Of a stretch of 64,000 bases of DNA, positions 19,712-28,205 are shown piece by piece (position 1 is the first letter of the stretch; the number at the start of each line of letters is the position of its first letter). Where the stretch lies: positions 68,532 through 132,531 of the forward strand of contig CAYHBD010000016.1 in NCBI GenBank assembly GCA_964354805.1, read 5' to 3'. Both the position numbers and the translations under genes were made by a program. The stretch is from an uncultured archaeon. GTDB taxonomy: Archaea; Iainarchaeota; Iainarchaeia; Iainarchaeales; GCA-2688035. The notes under the pieces were generated by a model. It ran no database searches. It worked only from the letters and a program-made list of their open reading frames with translations, and was not told the origin of the DNA.

Positions 19712-20978
19712 AAGGAACTTTCCAGCCTGAGATTTCGGGGTTAAATATGTAAACTTCTCTAATTATTGTTCCAAATGATTTCTTTTTACCAAATTCTCTG
19801 CGTTCGGTTGAGATAATGTTTGCTTGTTTTAGAATATCCAAGTAGTGCCTTAAACCGTGGGCCCACCTGCCCCCAAAGCTTTTTAATTTTGCTTCTTTGG
19901 CTAAATATTCTGCAAGTTTATAACGGTGGGTTTCCTTAAGCTGCATTATAGCCAACAAAACTTTTTTCAAGGATACTTTACTGGCTGATTTATGTGGGTA
20001 AACTCTGTCAAAAATATCTATTGCGTCATTTATTGAATTAACTGCCCCCCTATAACCATTTATGGATTCATACAATTTTAACCATTTCTCCGTTTGTGGT
20101 TCAAACAATTGCATCCATTTTATTGTTTCATCCTTTGTTAATGAATTGCTCCAAAACCGCCAATATCTGCCACTTTGCTTTTCCATTTTGTGAAACTTTA
20201 CACCTGTTTGCTCCAGAATTTGACAGATATCCTCTTGAAATTTTTTACTTGCCACACAAAATTCCACCTGGTTTTTCATTCCAACTCCAGCTTCAAAAGT
20301 TAATGCCCCAAGCGCAAATGATTTCCTCAATTCAATGGTCGATTTTTTGATAATTTGAGGTTCATTTACCGTGTAGATTTTATTTCCATTGCAAAACCCA
20401 AATATTTTATGAAGATACCGGCCAAATATTTTATTATTGAATGCAATCGCCCACTCGTGTTCACTTTTGCTGCGAGCAGCATAGCTTAATCCAAACTCTT
20501 TTTCAACCCATTTTCCAAACGCATCTATGTTAGTTTTATGTTCATCAGTAATGCAGAAGAAATTTCCTGCTAATGTGCCATCCGCTGCATGGGCGCCAGC
20601 AATCTTGCAAAGGTTTTTTGTTAAAACTTTCGGTGCTTTAACTACTTTCTCTGGTGGCTGGTTCGTTTTAAGGAATTCTATTTTCTTTTGCACAAAGAAT
20701 CGTTTTTCAGGTTTATTCGCCAAATTTAGCAATTGTTCAATAAAAACTAAAGGATAAAACTCTTTTCTGAGATAAACAATTCTTTCGGCAGTTGGCTTGG
20801 AAATACCAAATTTTTTCATTAAGTGTCTGCAAAGCTTGGCTTTGCTCAATCCTCTTGCTGCAATCTCGTCTATCAATTCACCAAGCGCCTGTTTTAATTC
20901 TTTTCCTTTCCCTGCAATCCATTTTCTCGGCGCGTCATCCAAAAGGGGGTCATGTAATGTAAATAGGTCCAACTGCAT
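19641..20978 (-). CDS. Free-standing HTH-LAGLIDADG-wHTH protein (homing-endonuclease-like), paralog of 50909-52177
   Basis: LAGLIDADG-like motifs LCKIAGAHAADGTL and ALGALTFEAGVG. N-terminal HTH-like LSKAKLCRHLMKKFGISKPTAERIV. Co-linear similarity to ORF 50909-52177 (LDLFTLHDP/FDLFELHDP, EPQIIKKS/EPQIIKHS, NPEISGWKVP/NPNIWEWRAP). Confidence 0.5.
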   Translation of the reverse strand: MQLDLFTLHDPLLDDAPRKWIAGKGKELKQALGELIDEIAARGLSKAKLCRHLMKKFGISKPTAERIVYLRKEFYPLVFIEQLLNLANKPEKRFFVQKKIEFLKTNQPPEKVVKAPKVLTKNLCKIAGAHAADGTLAGNFFCITDEHKTNIDAFGKWVEKEFGLSYAARSKSEHEWAIAFNNKIFGRYLHKIFGFCNGNKIYTVNEPQIIKKSTIELRKSFALGALTFEAGVGMKNQVEFCVASKKFQEDICQILEQTGVKFHKMEKQSGRYWRFWSNSLTKDETIKWMQLFEPQTEKWLKLYESINGYRGAVNSINDAIDIFDRVYPHKSASKVSLKKVLLAIMQLKETHRYKLAEYLAKEAKLKSFGGRWAHGLRHYLDILKQANIISTERREFGKKKSFGTIIREVYIFNPEISGWKVPFRNQKAAADVAKNLKVCSPFSTA

Positions 20979-21178
20979 GCAAACATTGTATTTGACTCTT
21001 TTTAAGCTCCTTTGGAAAGAGTGGAGTTCCGCTGCTGCTTAAAAAGGAAAGCGCTCTGCTTGACAGGCTGCTGCACCAGCGAACACAGGTACAGTTTTCG
21101 TAGGGCTTGTGCGACTTTTATTTTACACCACTTTTTTTAAAGTTGATTGGTGTGCTGTAATATTAGTGAATAAAATCC

Positions 21179-21973
21179 ATGAAAGTATCTGATTGGTATT
21201 TTCTCCCTGCTGGCATCATTTGGATTATTTCAAGTGGTTTTTTGGTTTTGGTTGGTTCTTTTAGTGGGGTTGAACTTTTTTCAATAATGGCTGCGTTAGC
21301 TCTTTTGTGGCGGCATTTTTCAGAGCGGGTTAGATTGGGGTTAACCTCTAAAAAGAAAGCTCGGGCAGTTTTTGTTGTCATAGTGGTATTGTCTGTCGTA
21401 TATATCCTAGTTCTTTTTAATTATGAAAACACAAGAACTCAAACAATACTTGATTTCGTTAAAACTAATTATGGTTTAAACCTAAATAGTGCTAACGCAT
21501 TAACCATATCAGATTGTACCACCGACCAATGCGTCCTTGAAAAGTCAGATGCGTTTTCAAGTTTTTGTAAAAGCGTTTCTGAGGATACCCTTTGTGAGAA
21601 AGCGGGCGTTACAGATTTTTTTCTATCTAATACTTGTGCACGGTTTAAAGCAAATGTTGGGTTTGCCTGCGTTTCTTGGATGCCTGAGACTATTAATGAG
21701 AAATGGGCATGTGGAAAAATAACAGACGTAAAACTGCGTGAAGATTGTATTTTCAAAGCTTTTGAAGTGCAAGGAGACCGCTCTTTATATTGTGACCGAA
21801 AAAAAGCAATTAAGTCCAGCTCTGGGTTTAGCGTGCTTGATGTAACCGTCGAAAAAGCAAGAGAAATCTGTTACCGCTTATTAGCTATGACCGCCAATGA
21901 GAGCAGTTTCTGTAATCAGATATCAAATGAAAGCGAAAAGATGCTTTGTGTTGAGATGTCGAAAATTCAATAA
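21179..21973 (+). CDS. Hypothetical membrane protein with Cys-rich extracytoplasmic domain
   Basis: 264 aa. Three N-terminal TM helices followed by a domain with about 12 Cys. No family recognised. Confidence 0.45.
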   Translation: MKVSDWYFLPAGIIWIISSGFLVLVGSFSGVELFSIMAALALLWRHFSERVRLGLTSKKKARAVFVVIVVLSVVYILVLFNYENTRTQTILDFVKTNYGLNLNSANALTISDCTTDQCVLEKSDAFSSFCKSVSEDTLCEKAGVTDFFLSNTCARFKANVGFACVSWMPETINEKWACGKITDVKLREDCIFKAFEVQGDRSLYCDRKKAIKSSSGFSVLDVTVEKAREICYRLLAMTANESSFCNQISNESEKMLCVEMSKIQ

Positions 21974-22093
21974 AATATGCCCCAAAGCGCGATTTAACAT
22001 ACCACTTGGGATCACATCTTTTGCTGCCACTCTTTTTAGCAAACTTTAAAAACTTATTTTGCTTTATTTTCTGTATATTACTTGGTTTTTTTT

Positions 22094-22726
22094 ATGCCTG
22101 ATTTTATTCCAAAAAAAGTTTTTTTAACGAAGGGCACCGGCATGCATAAAGACAGGCTGGCTTCTTTCGAGATTGCTTTACGCGATGCGGGAATTGAGAA
22201 ATGCAACCTGGTTTACGTTTCTTCAATTCTGCCGCCGAATTTTGAACTGATTAGCAAAGAGAAGGGCGTCCAGTTTTTGAACGCCGGCCAGATTGTTTTC
22301 TGCGTTCTTGCAAGGACTGACAGCAATGAGCCAAACAGGCTTATCTCAGCGGCAATCGGGGTTGCTGTTCCAAAGGAAAAGCAGCAATACGGTTACCTCT
22401 CAGAGCACCATGCTTTTGGTGAAACAGCGCAGAAGAGCGGAGAATACGCTGAAGACCTTGCAGCAACAATGCTTGCCTCAACCCTTGGAGTGGAATTCGA
22501 CCCGGACAAGGCATGGGATGAAAGAAAGCAGGAATACATGGCAAGCGGCAACATTTTCAAAACAACAAACATTTGCCAAAGCGCTGAATGCAACAAAAAC
22601 GGGTTGTGGACAACGGTCATAGCGGCAGCAGTGCTGCTGCTGGAAGAGAACTCCCAGCCTAAAGCCCAGGCGCCAGAGCAAGAGCAGTTGCCAAAGCCTG
22701 CTGCAACTCCGCAATTGCCGCACTAA
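22094..22726 (+). CDS. pdaD: Pyruvoyl-dependent arginine decarboxylase
   Basis: ATG at 22094. [39 protein letters not shown] (self-cleavage Ser-Ser site) and [12 protein letters not shown] resemble PdaD. Confidence 0.85.
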   Translation: MPDFIPKKVFLTKGTGMHKDRLASFEIALRDAGIEKCNLVYVSSILPPNFELISKEKGVQFLNAGQIVFCVLARTDSNEPNRLISAAIGVAVPKEKQQYGYLSEHHAFGETAQKSGEYAEDLAATMLASTLGVEFDPDKAWDERKQEYMASGNIFKTTNICQSAECNKNGLWTTVIAAAVLLLEENSQPKAQAPEQEQLPKPAATPQLPH

Positions 22727-22838
22727 TTGTCGAAGAACGTCAATAAAAAATTTGTTAAATAAATTGTGCAATTCAGCTTTTGAATCTCGTGAACTGTGCT
22801 GGAATTGCAAAAACTGCTGTTTTTGTCAGCTTTAAATT

Positions 22839-23801
22839 TCAGCTTTTGAATCTCATGAACTGCGCAAGCAGCGCTTCAAGCTGGATTCTTTCATTCGCTC
22901 CTTCAACCATCCTGAAATTGTATTCCCCGATTAAGTCAACCAACGCGATTTTTGTTTTGTCAGCAACATCTTTCTCATCTGCGTCCATTACTTCCCTGTA
23001 CAACTGCAGCATTATGTCTTCTCCCGACATTCCATGCTCGAACAGCAGCTTGTCCAACAATTCCCTTGCCTGCAGGAACTTTCCTTTCAGTGCCAGCTGA
23101 ATCATTTCCTGCACTTCTTTTGGCTTTGCCCTGCTGCTTACGTTGAATACAACTTCCTCTGTTATTTTGCTGTTCAACGCAGCGCTTGTCTGCAGAACAT
23201 TTATTGCTTTTCGCATGTCGCCAATGCTAACGTAAACAATTGCGTCAACCGCATTTTTCTCAAGGTGCAGTTTTTCTTTCTCTGCAATTGACTGCAGCCT
23301 CTGCTGCATTTCTTTTGCAGTCAATGGCTTGAACCTGAACACAACGCAGCGTGATTGGATTGGCTCAATTATCCTGCTGCTGTAATTGCAGCTTAAAATG
23401 AACCTGCATGTCCTCGTGTATTTTTCCATTGTTCTCCTCAGAGCCTGCTGGGCATCCGAGGTTAATGCATCGCTTTCATCCAAAAAGATTATTTTGAAAT
23501 CGCCGCCGAATGCAAGCGTTCTCGCAAAATCCTTTATCGTGTTTCTTACAACATCAATGCCCCTTTCATCCGATGCATTCAGTTCCAAAAAATTCCTTTC
23601 AAATTGTTCGCCAAACAATTCTTTTGCCAACGCAACTGCAGCGCTGGTTTTTCCAATCCCTGCTGGCCCGGAAAAAAGCAGATTCGGTGAATTGTGTTTG
23701 CTTACATAGGCCTGCAGCCTGCTGATTATCTCCTGCTGACCAACAACGTCAGAAAGCCTGCTTGGCCTGTATTTTTCAACCCATGGAAGCTCGATTGCCA
23801 T
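22839..23801 (-). CDS. rfcS: Replication factor C small subunit
   Basis: PWVEKYRP, Walker A SGPAGIGKTS, DESDALT, SRC motif (IQSRCVVFRF). ATG at 23801 preferred over the upstream TTG. Confidence 0.9.
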   Translation of the reverse strand: MAIELPWVEKYRPSRLSDVVGQQEIISRLQAYVSKHNSPNLLFSGPAGIGKTSAAVALAKELFGEQFERNFLELNASDERGIDVVRNTIKDFARTLAFGGDFKIIFLDESDALTSDAQQALRRTMEKYTRTCRFILSCNYSSRIIEPIQSRCVVFRFKPLTAKEMQQRLQSIAEKEKLHLEKNAVDAIVYVSIGDMRKAINVLQTSAALNSKITEEVVFNVSSRAKPKEVQEMIQLALKGKFLQARELLDKLLFEHGMSGEDIMLQLYREVMDADEKDVADKTKIALVDLIGEYNFRMVEGANERIQLEALLAQFMRFKS

Positions 23802-23891
23802 AAATACCCGCACCAAAATATGTTCCTAGGAAAACTGTTTTAAACCTATTATTGCAATTATTAACTAATCTGAGCGATTTGTTGATTTTAT

Positions 23892-24485
23892 ATGGGTGAA
23901 GGGGAAAAAGCCGGAGAGGAAAAGGGCGCTGGCCCAGCTTTTTCAACCAATCAATGGATTGTTGTTGGTTTTCTGTTTGTTTTGTTTTTTGTTTTGCTTA
24001 AAGTACTGAATGTATTAAGGGATGCGGCTAGTTCTATCCCTGTGTTGAACCTGTTTTTTCTCATCCCTGACCCCTTCCAAAGCCCAATGTTTTTTGCTAT
24101 GCCGATTGTGAGCTTTTTCATTATTTTTTTCATAATTGATTGGGCGAATCGCTATTTTGCCACCAAGCACGCCTTGCATCCTGCCTTTATTTTATTGTTT
24201 TTTTTCCTCAGCTTTTTTGCATTCTATGTTGCGCTTTTTTGGTATCATACAGATTTTACCAGGGATAGCAACGTTAAACTTTTAATTTGCGTTTCAGATG
24301 AAATCGGCGGGCCTTTTGGAAAATGCTCTGATATAGCGAACGCATTAATCAAAGAAGGCACTTTTAATCAATACATTTTTATTAATTTCTGGGAAAGGTT
24401 GCATGCAAACGCTTTCATGTTATTCATCTGGGGCGGTGTATTCGGCTGGATAACGCGCTTTGCTGTTGAAAAAATCAAACTGTAA
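23892..24485 (+). CDS. Hypothetical polytopic membrane protein
   Basis: 197 aa with multiple TM helices. No motif recognised. Confidence 0.45.
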   Translation: MGEGEKAGEEKGAGPAFSTNQWIVVGFLFVLFFVLLKVLNVLRDAASSIPVLNLFFLIPDPFQSPMFFAMPIVSFFIIFFIIDWANRYFATKHALHPAFILLFFFLSFFAFYVALFWYHTDFTRDSNVKLLICVSDEIGGPFGKCSDIANALIKEGTFNQYIFINFWERLHANAFMLFIWGGVFGWITRFAVEKIKL

Positions 24486-24533
24486 AAGCCTTTTTTTGCT
24501 TTTGCAAAAAAAAGCCTTGGCACAATGCCAAGC
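24486..24533 (+). repeat. Two-hairpin repeat element, variant copy directly after a stop codon
   Basis: AAGCC-T7GC-tttt-GCA8-GCCTTGG with an alternative second hairpin CTTGGCA-caa-TGCCAAG. Confidence 0.6.
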
Positions 24534-24574
24534 AATGAAACAAAAAACAAATATTCTTTAGCTTGGCATTGTGT

Positions 24575-24643
24575 GGGAAAAATTGCCTTCGGCAAAGCTT
24601 TTTTTCTCACGAAAAAAGCCTTGGGAAAAATTGCCTTCGGCAA
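24575..24643 (+). repeat. Two-hairpin repeat element: half copy (24575-24594) plus full copy (24595-24643); the GGGAAAAATTGCCTTCGGCAAAGC unit repeats at a 48-nt period
   Basis: GGGAAAAATTGCCTTCGGCAA | AAGC-T7C-tcac-GA6GCC-TTGGGAAAAA-TTGCC-ttc-GGCAA. Confidence 0.7.
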
Positions 24644-24679
24644 AGCCTTTTTTTAATTCTTCTCTTCCCCAATTTTTTT

Positions 24680-25927
24680 ATGCACGCATTCGTTTCCGGC
24701 TACGGCTGCAGCTTGAACAAATCAGACACCGAGCAGATTAGGGGCTTTCTTGCAGTGCACGGTTTTCAGTTAGCCGGCAACCCCAACAAAGCTGATTTAA
24801 TTGTAATAAACACCTGTGCAGTGAAAGAGCAGACCGAAGCAAAAATGCTCAAAGCAATAAAGCAATTGAATTCCATTGCAGAGCGCAACGGAAGCAAGCT
24901 GGTTGTAGCAGGCTGCCTTCCCGCAATAAACCCGGATGCAGTCAAAGCAATTTCTGCAAAAATAATTCAAATTGGTCCATCGCTTTCCCAATTAGCTTGC
25001 TTTTTGAATTTGCCTGAAAAAGAATTTTCTCCCCTGCTTGAGGAAATCAAAGAAAATCCACTCATTTCAATTATTCCGATTGCAAGGGGCTGCATTGGCA
25101 ATTGCTCTTACTGCTGCGTTAAAAACGCGAGAGGCAGTCTCCGCAGTTATTCAATAAAGGAATTGAATGAAAAATTCAAAAAAGCAATAAAAGAAACAAA
25201 AGAAATATGGCTTACAGCACAGGACTGCGGCTGCTATGGCTTTGACCAAAACACAAATCTGCCAGCTCTGTTGAAATCTCTTTTGCAAAATAAGGGCGAT
25301 TTCCGAATCAGGGTTGGAATGATTAATCCAGCGCACCTGCACTCTTTTCTCAATCAATACCTTGCCCTCTTCTCCGATGAGCGCTTGTACCGTTTTTTCC
25401 ACATTCCACTGCAGAGCGGCAGCAATGCTGTCCTGCATTCAATGCTGAGGCCTTACAAAAAAGAAGCTTTTTTGTCCCTAGTTAAAAAAATCAGGCAACA
25501 CTTTCCAGATGCAACAATTGCAACAGATGTAATTGCCGGCTTTCCAGGCGAAACAGAACAGCAATTCCAGGAAACGGTTTCTGTTCTCAAAAAAGCGCAT
25601 CCTGACATTGTGAACATTTCGCGCTTTGGAGCAAGGCCAAACACGACCGCCGCCCTAATGCCAGGACGGTTGCATGGGCGGGAGCTGAAGAAGAGAAGCA
25701 GGATTCTAACAGCGCTTTGCAGGGAAATCGCCCTGAAAAGAAACAAGCGCTTTGTCGGCAAAAAAATGCGGATTCTTGTAACGGAAAAGGGCAGCAAAGG
25801 CAGCTTTGTTGGAAGAGCCCAGAACTACAAGCCTGTTGCAATAAAAGAAAACCGCTTAGGCGAATTTGTTAGCGTGCGGATAAATAAAGCTTTTTCAACC
25901 TATTTAAGTGGAACAGTGTTAAGCTAA
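24680..25927 (+). CDS. Radical-SAM methylthiotransferase, MiaB/MtaB (CDKAL1-like) family
   Basis: ATG at 24680 (MHAFVSGYGCSLNKSD...). Radical SAM cluster GCIGNCSYCCVKNARG, and a TRAM-like C-terminus (FVGRAQNYKPVAI). The upstream part of the track ORF is repeat-element sequence. Confidence 0.85.
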   Translation: MHAFVSGYGCSLNKSDTEQIRGFLAVHGFQLAGNPNKADLIVINTCAVKEQTEAKMLKAIKQLNSIAERNGSKLVVAGCLPAINPDAVKAISAKIIQIGPSLSQLACFLNLPEKEFSPLLEEIKENPLISIIPIARGCIGNCSYCCVKNARGSLRSYSIKELNEKFKKAIKETKEIWLTAQDCGCYGFDQNTNLPALLKSLLQNKGDFRIRVGMINPAHLHSFLNQYLALFSDERLYRFFHIPLQSGSNAVLHSMLRPYKKEAFLSLVKKIRQHFPDATIATDVIAGFPGETEQQFQETVSVLKKAHPDIVNISRFGARPNTTAALMPGRLHGRELKKRSRILTALCREIALKRNKRFVGKKMRILVTEKGSKGSFVGRAQNYKPVAIKENRLGEFVSVRINKAFSTYLSGTVLS

Positions 25928-25987
25928 TAGTTTTTTTTATTTTCAACCTATTTAAGCGGAACTGTCTTGCCTGCAATAGTTTTTTTA
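25893..25987 (+). repeat. Imperfect tandem duplication (about 47 nt, two copies) spanning the 3' end of the methylthiotransferase gene
   Basis: TTTCAACCTATTTAAGTGGAACAGTGTTAAGCTAATAGTTTTTTTT followed by TTTCAACCTATTTAAGCGGAACTGTCTTGCCTGCAATAGTTTTTTT. Confidence 0.7.
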
Positions 25988-26069
25988 ATATTCTTTACTA
26001 AGTAATATTAATTCAGAAAGTAAACTTTTGGAAAAAGTTTAACCAAAAAGCTTTACCTGGGGTGTTTCA

Positions 26070-26828
26070 TTGCTTTTCGTCAATGTTTTGGAGCAGTATA
26101 AGGCGAATGCAAAAACCTTGCTGGTGTTTGCCCTATTGCTGGTTTTTGTCCTTGCTTTTGTGGCAGTGCAGCCTGTTTTTTTCAGCAGCGGCAGCGTTTT
26201 TCTGGACTACAATCTTGCGACAGCCGACTTATGGCAACTGCTTCCAGCCGCAGCATTTATTGCCCTGTTTTTGGCTTTTTACTCTTTTTTTATTTCAATC
26301 ATTTTGTTCAGTGTCAGAAACAGCCTGAGCAGGCTGAGGCAGCATTACTACCTGCATGAAATGATGCAGCGCTTTACGCTGAAAATTTTTATTTTTTATT
26401 TGTTATTCTGTTTTCTGCTGTTTCTGCTTGTCACTGGCTTGCTTTTCTTGGGCGTTCAGATTGAATTAATCAATGTCATTGTTCTTCTGGTTTCAGTTGC
26501 CCTGCTTTTTGTCCCGCAGGCAATTGTTGTTGACGAGGAAGGCTTGCGCTATGCGATTTCTAGCAATTTTGATTTCATTGCAAAAAACAAAGGCGCTGTG
26601 CTGACTGTGCTCATTGTCGGCTGCGTAATGCTTGCAGCCCTGCAATTGGTTGAGTTTGCAATAGACCAAATTGCATTAATCGGCTCGCTTGTTTCCCTTT
26701 TCATTGCACTTGTATTCATTCTGCCGTTCATTGAAATAATGAAAACATACTTTTACATGATGCGCTTTGAGCTGATAAAGGGCCATGAGGTTGCGAGGAG
26801 GAAAAAGCCGCATCCAGCGAGGCATTAG
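26070..26828 (+). CDS. Hypothetical polytopic membrane protein
   Basis: 252 aa with about 6 TM helices. No motif recognised. Confidence 0.45.
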   Translation: MLFVNVLEQYKANAKTLLVFALLLVFVLAFVAVQPVFFSSGSVFLDYNLATADLWQLLPAAAFIALFLAFYSFFISIILFSVRNSLSRLRQHYYLHEMMQRFTLKIFIFYLLFCFLLFLLVTGLLFLGVQIELINVIVLLVSVALLFVPQAIVVDEEGLRYAISSNFDFIAKNKGAVLTVLIVGCVMLAALQLVEFAIDQIALIGSLVSLFIALVFILPFIEIMKTYFYMMRFELIKGHEVARRKKPHPARH

Positions 26829-26941
26829 TTGCTAACAAAGCCACTTTAAAAATCTTTCTTTAACTTCCCTTATTTTTTAATTACCAAACCGTTTTTTTCA
26901 GAAAACAAACTTTTAAATAAACTTTTTTTCAGATTATTAAT

Positions 26942-27000
26942 AAGCCTTTTTCACTTCCGTGAAAAAGCCTTGGGAAAAAGGGCAATTGCTTCGCAATTGC
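26942..27000 (+). repeat. Two-hairpin repeat element, copy upstream of the Lrp/AsnC gene
   Basis: AAGCC-TTTTTCAC-ttcc-GTGAAAAA-GCCTTGGGAAAAAGG-GCAATTGC-ttc-GCAATTGC. Confidence 0.75.
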
Positions 27001-27026
27001 AAAGATTTTTTATTTGGGGGGATGAA

Positions 27027-27500
27027 ATGCAGGCAGCTTTTGACAAAACTGATTTAATAATCCTAAAAAGCCTGATGCACGATGGCAGGGCAAGCTTCAG
27101 CAGCATTGCGAAGGAAACGGCTTTAACCGATGTCGCAATAAAGAAGAGGGTTGAAAGCCTGCGGAGAAGGGGCATTGTCAGCAGCATTACGGCGAACCTG
27201 AACTATAAGGCCCTCGGCTTTGAAAACCCAATTTTTGTCCAAATCCGTAGCGAGATTGGAAAAAACAAGGATTTGATTAAAAAAATGGAGAACTTTGACC
27301 ACATAATCGAATTATACCAAGTGCTTGGTGAATACAACTTGCTGGCAAAAATGGTTGTGAACGATTTAAGCGCAGCGGAAAAAGTGATAAGCAAACTCGG
27401 CCTGATCGACGGCGTGCTTGATGTCAAAGCGCTGGTTGTATTGAACGAACTAAAGCAGGGCAAAGTACTGCCCTCAACAGCGCTGCAGAGAAAATTGTGA
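27027..27500 (+). CDS. Lrp/AsnC-family transcriptional regulator
   Basis: ATG at 27027. DKTDLIILKSLMHDGRASFSSIAKETALTDVAIKKRVESLRRRGIV (HTH) plus a RAM-like C-domain. Confidence 0.8.
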   Translation: MQAAFDKTDLIILKSLMHDGRASFSSIAKETALTDVAIKKRVESLRRRGIVSSITANLNYKALGFENPIFVQIRSEIGKNKDLIKKMENFDHIIELYQVLGEYNLLAKMVVNDLSAAEKVISKLGLIDGVLDVKALVVLNELKQGKVLPSTALQRKL

Positions 27501-27518
27501 ATCGATTTTTTTTTTGAC

Positions 27519-28127
27519 TTATTTTATTTGGTCTGAAAGCAGCCAGGCGCACAGCATCATTGTGCTAATGCCCAATCCAACCATTCCATGAAAGTAAAAA
27601 ACCTGCGGCTCAAATATTCCGAAACCAAAAAATAGCAGTCCGACTAAAAAGCCAACTGTTCTTGCTCCGCCTGTTGCAACGCTTGAGCCTTTTGCCTTTT
27701 TTATCCTTGAAGATGCAAGAATCGAAAATGCAAAAAACCCCGCTTCCCAGAAAAAATCGTATTCTGTTTTTGGGAAAGGGTAATGCCCAAGTAGGAAAGC
27801 TGCGAAAATTCCCGCAAAAGCAAAAGACAATAGCATTTTGAGCAAATCATCAGGTTGCCTAATGTGCGGAAGTATATTATTGAATTTTCCTTCAAAAAAA
27901 TATTGCTTTATTTTTTGGATTGTGTCAGACTGGAAGAAAATGAAAAGTGCTATCCATAAGCCACCCCAAATAACACCAAACGGGTTCATGAAATGGAACA
28001 AAAAGCCTTGAAAAACCACAAAGCCAAAGCACTGCAGCAGGAAAAAGGATGCAATCGCGCCCCAGAACGATTCAACCCTGATTTCTTCCAGATTGCCGGC
28101 TTTCATGGTTTTAATAGGATCCGCCAT
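27519..28127 (-). CDS. Hypothetical membrane protein
   Basis: 202 aa with about 6 TM helices. No motif recognised. Confidence 0.4.
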   Translation of the reverse strand: MADPIKTMKAGNLEEIRVESFWGAIASFFLLQCFGFVVFQGFLFHFMNPFGVIWGGLWIALFIFFQSDTIQKIKQYFFEGKFNNILPHIRQPDDLLKMLLSFAFAGIFAAFLLGHYPFPKTEYDFFWEAGFFAFSILASSRIKKAKGSSVATGGARTVGFLVGLLFFGFGIFEPQVFYFHGMVGLGISTMMLCAWLLSDQIK

Positions 28128-28205
28128 TTATTAAGAAAAAGCGCTTCTTTGTTTTTATAGCTTTTGCTATACAAGATAATTGGATTTTTTTGCGGGTGCT
28201 GTTGA

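Noticed and set aside
24575-24660. Possible mini-CRISPR (direct repeats with a 48-nt period)
   Set aside because: There are only two units, the sequence between them is itself part of the repeat element, no cas genes are present, and the same element occurs singly elsewhere.
24563-24679. N-terminal 39 codons of the track ORF 24563-25927 (KNCLRQS repeated)
   Set aside because: This is the translated two-hairpin repeat element. The MiaB-family N-terminus MHAFVSGYGC starts at 24680, behind a TATA-like box.
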